This document shows, in pieces, positions 57,401 through 64,000 of a stretch of DNA of 64,000 nucleotides. The first letter of the stretch is position 1. Each line of letters begins with the position of its first letter. The position numbers were made by a program, and so were the translations under genes. Source of the stretch: an uncultured Defluviitaleaceae bacterium (GTDB taxonomy: Bacteria; Bacillota; Clostridia; Lachnospirales; WRBF01). The notes beneath the pieces were generated by a model that ran no database searches, was not told the origin of the DNA, and saw nothing but the letters and a program-made list of their open reading frames with translations. The stretch covers positions 1,128 through 65,127 of the forward strand of contig CAZHPA010000003.1 in assembly GCA_964533945.1 (NCBI GenBank). The letters are read 5' to 3'.

Positions 57401-59269
57401 CTAAACGTTCAATTGGCCAAAAACAAGCCAAACCAAAATAAAGTTACATTATCAAACTTGCAAAGGGTTTCTTCATCAAATAACTTTACTATTACTTTAA
57501 CAGCATCAGAAGCTCTTGAAAATTTTGACCTTTCCGGTAGAGGAAACGGCGCATGGGTAGGGGTTTTAATTAGCAGATTAAACGAATCAGATGCTAGAAA
57601 CTTATATATTAAAACAAGCCAAAGCGGAATATATAGTAGAGTTACAAGCGACGACATATCAGAAGCATTTAATGCAGGAGCATTAAGCGACAGTCAAATT
57701 GTATATTGGTTTAAAGCAAGCCAATCCGGAACGTACGACTTCTATATTGCAGATGACCCTTACGGAAGAAATGAATCCAAGTTATCTATAGACTTTAAAA
57801 CATTGCATAAAGTAACAATAAATGCCGGAACAGGCGGAACGATAACTAGAGGAGTAACAGGCTACTACAACAACGGAACAGGCATTTCAATTAGCGCATC
57901 AGCAAACAACGGCTATCGCTTTAAAAATTGGACAACAAGCAACGGTGGAACTTTCACAAGTTCAACCAGCTCAAGTACAACATTTACTGTTCCTAGAAAC
58001 GACACAACAATTACAGCAAACTTTGAATATATAGGAACTAGCAGTTCTGGTTCATCTAGTTCAAGTTCTAGTTCTTCTAGTTCTTCTGGTTCTTCTAGTT
58101 CATCTAGTTCAAATTCAACAAGTACTTCTGCAACAAGCACAGAAGCTAAAATAAATGCTGCTGGCGAAGGTTCAACCGTTACAATTGATGCACAAAGCAA
58201 CACAACTTTATCAAGTAATTCGCTTGCTACATTAAAAGGAAGAGATGTAACATTAGTTTTAAAAATGAATGGCTACAGCTGGAGTATTAACGGAAAAGAC
58301 GTTACATCTTCAAGTTCTGCTGTAAACTTAAAGCTTACCAAAACTTCTGAACAAGAAATTTCAACAGCTGTAGAAGATAAAGATTTAGTTCAACTTAATC
58401 TTGCGCATAATGGTGAAATGCCTTTTAAAGCAACATTAATTTTACCGCTTAATATAGAAAACAAAGGAAAACAAGTATTTTTAAGCAAATACAACGAAAC
58501 AGGCAAAAAATTAGCTTATGTTTCAACTGCAAAAGTTGATGAAAGCGGAAACGTTAAATTCGACTTTGCAAGCGGCTCAAAATATGCTGTAACTACCCAT
58601 ATAATAAAAGGCATGACAGTTAAAGAAAAAGCACCAAGCAACTCTTTATCATATGTTCCATATTATATGGAAGGAAGCAATGCCGTTGTCATTAAAAACA
58701 GCACAATTAAAAATGGCACGTTAACATTCGTTGCACCAAAAACAGCGGTTTACGGATATAAAAACAACGTTAAAAACTTCAGTGATATTTCAGAGCATTG
58801 GTCTAAAGACAACATAACATTTGTTGTTTCCAGAGAATTATTTGCAGGTGTTGGTGATAACAAATTTGCTCCAAACGACACTATGACAAGAGCAATGTTT
58901 ATTACAGTTTTAGGCAGACTTTATGACGTTGACACAAAGAAATACGATAACAGCACATGGTATTCTGCTTATATGGAATGGGCTGAAAAAGAAAACATAA
59001 TAGAAAAAGGCTTTACGCATGACAAAGCAATTTCAAGGGAAGAAATGGCAGTTATAATTGCAAAACTTGCTAAAGGTTCTTTAAAACCAGTTAATGCTGA
59101 AGTTAACTTTAAAGATAGCAATAAAATTTCAGCTTCGGCAATAGATTATATTAAAGCAGTTCAAAAAGCAGGCATAATTTCCGGAAGAACAGACGGAACA
59201 TTCGACCCCGAAGGCACAGCAACAAGAGCAGAAGTTAGCATTGTTTTAAGAAAATTAATTGAAAATTAA
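54491..59269 (+). CDS. SLH-anchored surface protein with N-terminal cohesin-like domain, Ig-like/YDG-type repeats and Ser-rich linker (putative anchoring scaffoldin)
   Basis: Signal peptide; C-terminal FSDISEHW, FAPNDTMTRA, ISREEMA, FDPEGTATRAE SLH motifs; TKAYD repeats; poly-Ser. Confidence 0.8.
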   Translation: MKIKKITAVLLVFAMLFTLIPANIAFASGSDYEVKIKGAIDSQNKKDGKDTFAIDFQVKTLNGKKLGNVQVAFIAFDYNVFDFTMWDASSNTSVEAWVKERKGEDITGNKLVNITKLRISQAEDDLDWGDEADIALNKSANIGYILFRPICASSEIEYADFTTLQKIRLAFKDGKSASDIKRDSIRFATYEEADKYNQNSIVLIGDGTDDFKYGTLLKGGTPTPENDTLLTTPTMDIPYAKPILQSIVAPAAITKPNGTAKTAEALELPTQVTLQLNNSTTANANVSWDVASASYDPSIKTSQTFAVSGTVTLPNDVQNTNSVPLTVSVNVTVLEETVDITITAPTFEKVTYKDAQPAAKSITISNNSDEDIIVSKIEISSGNMFELGGTTENITVPAKQSVSTTTIEPQPSISAGTHTATITATYKTTKAATANVSIEVDKKVLTVSDGTFAVTKAYDKTTSAGTQSGSLELGEEGITVEVTAVGAYADANAGNDKTVSLTLGNLTGNGSSNYALSSNTYSFTKASITPKQISAVTDGNFAVTKAYDTTTAAGTATGKLTLTGILGGDVVEIETTVGAYADANVGNNKAVVLTLGELQGASKDNYVKDSALTTYNFTKAAITKATATYVIGNQSIKVGGAIAKPQTATGINEEAISGTLTLKDGNNVITEDTIKNYPLNTSKTLTYQFAHTNANYNSPITGSFTLTVTEGEPQNITFAQDTPTTKVYGSSKFTVTATNDKADGNPVTFESSNVNVATINATTGEVEIKGAGTTTITAKAAAKPGVYAAGSKTHALTVTAKDLTSEGISIGNVSGTFTYSGNEHKPTVTVTDSKATIASGDYTFTYQNNRNAGTAKVIVTGTRNYKGTVEKTFTISKASQTTPVIVTLSSQNVTMPYNSVYATASGGNGTGTFRYYSSNTSVATINETTGTITLISRGQTNITAIRLEDTNYNTSAYSSAVTLNVLERVDLNVQLAKNKPNQNKVTLSNLQRVSSSNNFTITLTASEALENFDLSGRGNGAWVGVLISRLNESDARNLYIKTSQSGIYSRVTSDDISEAFNAGALSDSQIVYWFKASQSGTYDFYIADDPYGRNESKLSIDFKTLHKVTINAGTGGTITRGVTGYYNNGTGISISASANNGYRFKNWTTSNGGTFTSSTSSSTTFTVPRNDTTITANFEYIGTSSSGSSSSSSSSSSSSGSSSSSSSNSTSTSATSTEAKINAAGEGSTVTIDAQSNTTLSSNSLATLKGRDVTLVLKMNGYSWSINGKDVTSSSSAVNLKLTKTSEQEISTAVEDKDLVQLNLAHNGEMPFKATLILPLNIENKGKQVFLSKYNETGKKLAYVSTAKVDESGNVKFDFASGSKYAVTTHIIKGMTVKEKAPSNSLSYVPYYMEGSNAVVIKNSTIKNGTLTFVAPKTAVYGYKNNVKNFSDISEHWSKDNITFVVSRELFAGVGDNKFAPNDTMTRAMFITVLGRLYDVDTKKYDNSTWYSAYMEWAEKENIIEKGFTHDKAISREEMAVIIAKLAKGSLKPVNAEVNFKDSNKISASAIDYIKAVQKAGIISGRTDGTFDPEGTATRAEVSIVLRKLIEN

Positions 59270-59333
59270 TAATGTTCAGCCCTCCTTAGCTAAATTTTGG
59301 GGGGCTGTTATTAGCGAAAGGATGGAAAAATGT

Positions 59334-62300
59334 ATGGTTAAACTTATAGCTAAAAGTGTTTTAATTACTTTAGCAATATTAACCCTTTTTGTTAATGTAT
59401 ATGCAACTCCTGCCTCCCCTCAGCCTTTTGATGCAATTCAATCAGACGGAACTGCAATTAAAATTAAAGGCTACGGCGATGAATATTTTAATTGGTACGA
59501 AGATATGCAAGGAAATGTAGTTGAATATAATTTCAAGTCATCTGATTGGTGCTACGCTTATATTTCAGAAGGCAAATTATTGCCTACTTCTGTTCCGGTT
59601 AACAGTAAGTTAAAAGTTAAAAGCTTAGAAAGAAAAGACTTAACGCCTTTAATTGAAAACATTGACCGTTCGTCACTCGAACAAACGGCTAAAATTAATT
59701 ATCCGCCATATTCGCCTTTTACTCCAGATGTTTTAAATGATTTAGATGAATCAAGAGAACCAAAACAAGACTTACTAGTTCTTTTAATTGAATTTAAAGA
59801 CGTAAAGTTAACAAAAGATATTAACTATTGGAAGCAACATTATTTTAATAGCCAAATTAAAAGTGTTAACGGCTATTACGAAGAAGTGTCGAAAGGCAAG
59901 CAAAGTTTTAACCCTGTTTTGTTTGCCACAAAAGCTAAAACGTTTGAAGACCAAAATGGTAATATTATACAATTAGAAGACGGTGTTGCAAAAGTTACCC
60001 TTAACCAAAATCACCATGGAATAAATAACAGAACTGCCATAACCAATGAAATTAAAGAGGCTTTTAATATTGCTAAAGACTATATAGATTTTAGCGTTTA
60101 TGAAAATTATTACGGTTACATAAAGCAAGAGGAGCTTAGTGTTTCAACAGTAATTGCCGGCTGGGAAGAATCAAATTCGGCTAATGCAAGTAAAAGTAAT
60201 ACAACATGGGCATTCGCAAGACGAGTTGTTGCCGGAAACAGCATGGTAACGGTTAGACTTGAAGATTCAGAGCAATCTGAGCAACATCGTGTTGAATTGT
60301 TAAGTTTTGCAACGCAAGGGGAAATATATTCTGGCAACGAATTAAATGATAAAGCACAACCTATGGGCGTTGGTGTTACAGTTCACGAGCTTGGACACGT
60401 TTTGGGGCTTCCTGACCTTTATGACTATGGTATGGATTCCGAAGGAATTGGGGCATATAGCTTAATGGGAAGTGGCAATTGGGGAAAAGCAGAAAATGAC
60501 ACTATACCCGGACAAACGCCGGTTCATTTAGATGCATGGTCTAAAATAGCCCTTGGGTTTGTTGAACCAACAACAATTAAAGGCGACAGCGAAATATTTA
60601 ACGACTATATTTTAAATAGCTTTGATGCGGAAAACTACAACGTTTTAAAAGTTACAAGCAGCGCTGACGAAAATCAATATTTCTTACTTGAAAACCGCCA
60701 AAAAACAGGATACGATGAAGGCTTGTTCAACCATACAGAAAATTCTGGTATTTTAATTTATCATGTTGATGAAAAAGTTCCGACAACACTTATGAAAAGC
60801 TTTGTTAACGACAATAAGTATCATAAATATATTGATGTCGAAGAAGCGAACGGAAGCAGTCAATTAGATAGTGTTATTTGGGGTCGTTATTCAAACCATT
60901 TTTTTAGCGAAACACAAAATACATTTTCTGAAAGCACTACTCTAAATTCAAACTTTTATATTCAAACAGAAGGAACGCATGAAGCCATAGCAGGAATAGA
61001 TGATAGAGAATGCCATTTGCAGGAAATTAAAAGCGGAATAAATTTGTTTATAAAATCTCCTTCACAACAAAGTATGTCAATTACAATTGGACTTTCCAAT
61101 TTTTCATATAAAATAAATGATGACGATGAAACTGTTTCAATTACAAAGTATAACGGGAATGACGAAGTTGTTATAATCCCTTCAAAAATAGATGGAAAAA
61201 ACATTACAGTTATTGAAGATGGCGCATTTTTAGGATGCGATAACTTACAAGGTGTTAAAGTTTTTGAAGATAACTTAAACTATTCATCGGAAGATGGCGT
61301 ATTGTATAATAAAGACAAAACTGCTTTAGTTAAGTTTCCGCAAGCAAAGGAAACGGCGCAATTTGCAATTTTAGAAAGCATAACTGAAATTGGAAGCAAT
61401 GCATTTTACGGTTGTTCTGGGCTAAATTCATTGGAAATACCAAAAAACGTTGTTAGTATTGGAGAAAATGCTTTTGCAAACTGCCCTAATTTAAAAATTT
61501 ACTGCTATGAAAACTCCTATGCGCATGAATATGCAAAAGCTAATGAAGTTCCATATGAAGTAATATATGAAGTTAACTTGAATGATTGGGAATATACTAT
61601 TAACGAAAATAGCGTCACTATAAACAACTATATAGGGCAAAGCTTAAAAACTATAGTTCCAGATGAAATAGATGGAAAACCCGTTACAATTATTGGAAGC
61701 TTTGCATTTGCCAACAACATTAACCTAGTTTCAATTGAAATTCCTGAATGCATAACAGTTATTGAAGAAAGTGCATTTTTTGGCTGTGAAAACTTAATTG
61801 ATGTAAATATTCCGCAAAACGTAATAGAAATTAGTTCTCAATTATTTGAAAACTGTTTAAGCTTAGAAACTATAGTTATTCCTGAAAGCATAACTTCTAT
61901 TGGAAGTAGAGCGTTTGCAAACTGTAAAAGCTTACTTTCTATACCAATTCCAGAGAACGTAACGATTATTGAAGAAGGTGCATTCTTCAGCTGTGAAAAG
62001 TTAACCAATGTAAATATTCCAGAAGGCATAACAGAAATTAGCTTCCAATTATTTGAAAACTGTTTAAGCTTAGAGGCAATAGTTATTCCTGAAAGCGTAA
62101 CTTCTATTGGCAGCAGAGCGTTTGCAAATTGCAAAAGTTTGTCTTCTGTAGAAATTCCGGAAAGTGTAACAATTATTAAATCAGGTGCATTTTTCACCTG
62201 TGAAAACTTAATATTTATAGAACTTCCAGAACAATTAGAACAAATTGAAAATTCAGCTTTTTTAAATTGCTTTAAGTTAAGTTCTATTGTTATTCCGCAG

Positions 62301-63539
62301 CGTGTAACCACTATAGATAGTAAAACATTTTCGGGCTGCAAAAAATTAACTTCAATACAAATTCCTGAAAACGTTGATTATATTGGAAGTTTTGCTTTTG
62401 AAAGCTGCGCTAGCTTAACTTCTATTAAATTACCAAGCAAATTAACAAGCATTGGTATAGCAGCTTTTGCACAATGCGGCTTAACTTCAATAGAGATACC
62501 TGAAGGCGTAACGTATATTGACCGTTCGGCATTTGCAGAATGTGCTAATTTAGCTTTGGCAACAATTCCAAAAAGTGTTGAAGTTATAAGTGATGGTACA
62601 TTTGCACAATGCCCCAACTTAACAATTCGCTGTTATAAAAACTCATTAGGTTTTAAATATGCGCAAGCTATGGAAATTGCATACGAATTAATAGATAGCG
62701 GAACACTTGGAAATTGGGAATATAGCATTAACGAAGAAGCAATTGTTATTGATAAATATAACGGCGCAGACAACGAAGTTATTGTTCCTTCCGAAATTAA
62801 TCAAAAGCCTGTTAAATCTATAAGTGCAGAAGCATTTAAATCGAATAGCAGCATAGCTTCTGTAAAAATTCCGGATAGTTTGATAAGTATTGAAAATTCA
62901 GCTTTTGAAGATTGCAGCAATTTAATTCTTATAGAAATTCCAAGCAGTGTAACAACTTTTGGAGAAGATATATTTAAAGGGTGTAGTTCAAACCTTAAAA
63001 TAATTGGAGAAGCCGGAAGCGAAGCTGAAAACTATGCAGTTAGCAACGGAATAAGTTTCGAGGCAAAAGCAGGAGTTGTTATAACAGGCGAAATTAAAAC
63101 GCAAAACTCAAAAACTAAAGCAACTGTAGTTTTAAAGCAAAACGGCGAAATTAAATATTCAATTGAAGTTATAAGCGGCATTTTCAAATTTGAAAACGTT
63201 GCTTCAGGAACATACACTTTAGAAGCTTCAAAGCCTGTTCATACAAAATTTACTTTACAAGATATAGTTGTTTACAATGAAGATATAGATTTAACGCAAG
63301 ATGAAAGAGAAGAAGTTAAAGTAATGATTATTCCATGCGGCGATATTAACGGCAACGGCAATATTAATACGGAAGATTTAAGCATTCTTTTGTCTGCTAA
63401 AAACTTCAATAAGCCTACAGAAGAAGCGGAAAATAAACTTGCAGATTTAAATGGCAACGGGAACATTAATACAGAAGACCTATCAATGTTGCTTTCTAAA
63501 ATTAATTTTAATATGGGAAGTATAATTATTAAATATTAG
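59334..63539 (+). CDS. M6 (immune inhibitor A-like) metalloprotease + BspA LRR + X-module/dockerin protein
   Basis: Signal peptide from ATG 59334; HELGHVLGLPDLYD, YSLMGSG.WG, HLDAWSK, YFLLENRQ; LRR_5; duplicated D.NGNGNINTED. Confidence 0.88.
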   Translation: MVKLIAKSVLITLAILTLFVNVYATPASPQPFDAIQSDGTAIKIKGYGDEYFNWYEDMQGNVVEYNFKSSDWCYAYISEGKLLPTSVPVNSKLKVKSLERKDLTPLIENIDRSSLEQTAKINYPPYSPFTPDVLNDLDESREPKQDLLVLLIEFKDVKLTKDINYWKQHYFNSQIKSVNGYYEEVSKGKQSFNPVLFATKAKTFEDQNGNIIQLEDGVAKVTLNQNHHGINNRTAITNEIKEAFNIAKDYIDFSVYENYYGYIKQEELSVSTVIAGWEESNSANASKSNTTWAFARRVVAGNSMVTVRLEDSEQSEQHRVELLSFATQGEIYSGNELNDKAQPMGVGVTVHELGHVLGLPDLYDYGMDSEGIGAYSLMGSGNWGKAENDTIPGQTPVHLDAWSKIALGFVEPTTIKGDSEIFNDYILNSFDAENYNVLKVTSSADENQYFLLENRQKTGYDEGLFNHTENSGILIYHVDEKVPTTLMKSFVNDNKYHKYIDVEEANGSSQLDSVIWGRYSNHFFSETQNTFSESTTLNSNFYIQTEGTHEAIAGIDDRECHLQEIKSGINLFIKSPSQQSMSITIGLSNFSYKINDDDETVSITKYNGNDEVVIIPSKIDGKNITVIEDGAFLGCDNLQGVKVFEDNLNYSSEDGVLYNKDKTALVKFPQAKETAQFAILESITEIGSNAFYGCSGLNSLEIPKNVVSIGENAFANCPNLKIYCYENSYAHEYAKANEVPYEVIYEVNLNDWEYTINENSVTINNYIGQSLKTIVPDEIDGKPVTIIGSFAFANNINLVSIEIPECITVIEESAFFGCENLIDVNIPQNVIEISSQLFENCLSLETIVIPESITSIGSRAFANCKSLLSIPIPENVTIIEEGAFFSCEKLTNVNIPEGITEISFQLFENCLSLEAIVIPESVTSIGSRAFANCKSLSSVEIPESVTIIKSGAFFTCENLIFIELPEQLEQIENSAFLNCFKLSSIVIPQRVTTIDSKTFSGCKKLTSIQIPENVDYIGSFAFESCASLTSIKLPSKLTSIGIAAFAQCGLTSIEIPEGVTYIDRSAFAECANLALATIPKSVEVISDGTFAQCPNLTIRCYKNSLGFKYAQAMEIAYELIDSGTLGNWEYSINEEAIVIDKYNGADNEVIVPSEINQKPVKSISAEAFKSNSSIASVKIPDSLISIENSAFEDCSNLILIEIPSSVTTFGEDIFKGCSSNLKIIGEAGSEAENYAVSNGISFEAKAGVVITGEIKTQNSKTKATVVLKQNGEIKYSIEVISGIFKFENVASGTYTLEASKPVHTKFTLQDIVVYNEDIDLTQDEREEVKVMIIPCGDINGNGNINTEDLSILLSAKNFNKPTEEAENKLADLNGNGNINTEDLSMLLSKINFNMGSIIIKY

Positions 63540-63545
63540 AACTTT

Positions 63546-63588
63546 GCCCGGCTTTATCTTTTGCTAGATAATTGAAGCCGGGCTTTTT
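63546..63588. terminator. Intrinsic terminator closing the island
   Basis: GCCCGGCTT...AAGCCGGGC followed by TTTTT. Confidence 0.8.
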
Positions 63589-63597
63589 ATGAATTTA

Positions 63598-64000
<403 letters not shown>

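Noticed and set aside
59259-59333. ORF-track start of the protease gene
   Set aside because: It overlaps the previous stop and spans a hairpin; RBS and signal peptide fit ATG 59334
42677-63539. Island as a prophage/ICE or a true cellulosome
   Set aside because: No integrase, transposase, phage genes or att repeats seen, and no glycoside hydrolase or CBM motifs recognised

Overview
AT-rich (roughly 30% GC by eye) chromosomal segment of a spore-forming, probably flagellated Clostridia-class firmicute. From 1 to 42.5 kb it is mostly core or housekeeping genes: a TauE exporter, a PdaB-like deacetylase, feoAB with a divergent DtxR/MntR regulator, a Na+-translocating decarboxylase operon, ppx-ppk1-smpB, darA-yaaR-holB, MATE, spoIVFB-like, dapL/dapF and an ECF transporter. 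Two accessory systems stand out. (1) At 6.5-11.5 kb, a self-contained three-gene operon encodes a beta-CASP-type metallo-beta-lactamase nuclease, a GrpE-like protein and an atypical Hsp70; it is a candidate defence/conflict system. (2) At 42.7-63.5 kb, a 21-kb surface-protein island contains three BspA-type LRR proteins (one with a lipase, one with an M6 metalloprotease, one with an unknown cargo), each ending in an X-module + dockerin. They flank an SLH-anchored protein with an N-terminal cohesin-like domain, suggesting a cellulosome-like but non-cellulolytic assembly. Smaller oddities are a translationally coupled HTH-only mini-copy of mntR, two DtxR-type boxes around feoA, an IS200/IS605-like palindromic remnant, a Ppx with degenerate motifs and two large low-complexity secreted proteins. 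No rRNA, tRNA or CRISPR array was seen. All domain calls come from motif recognition by eye, not database searches.
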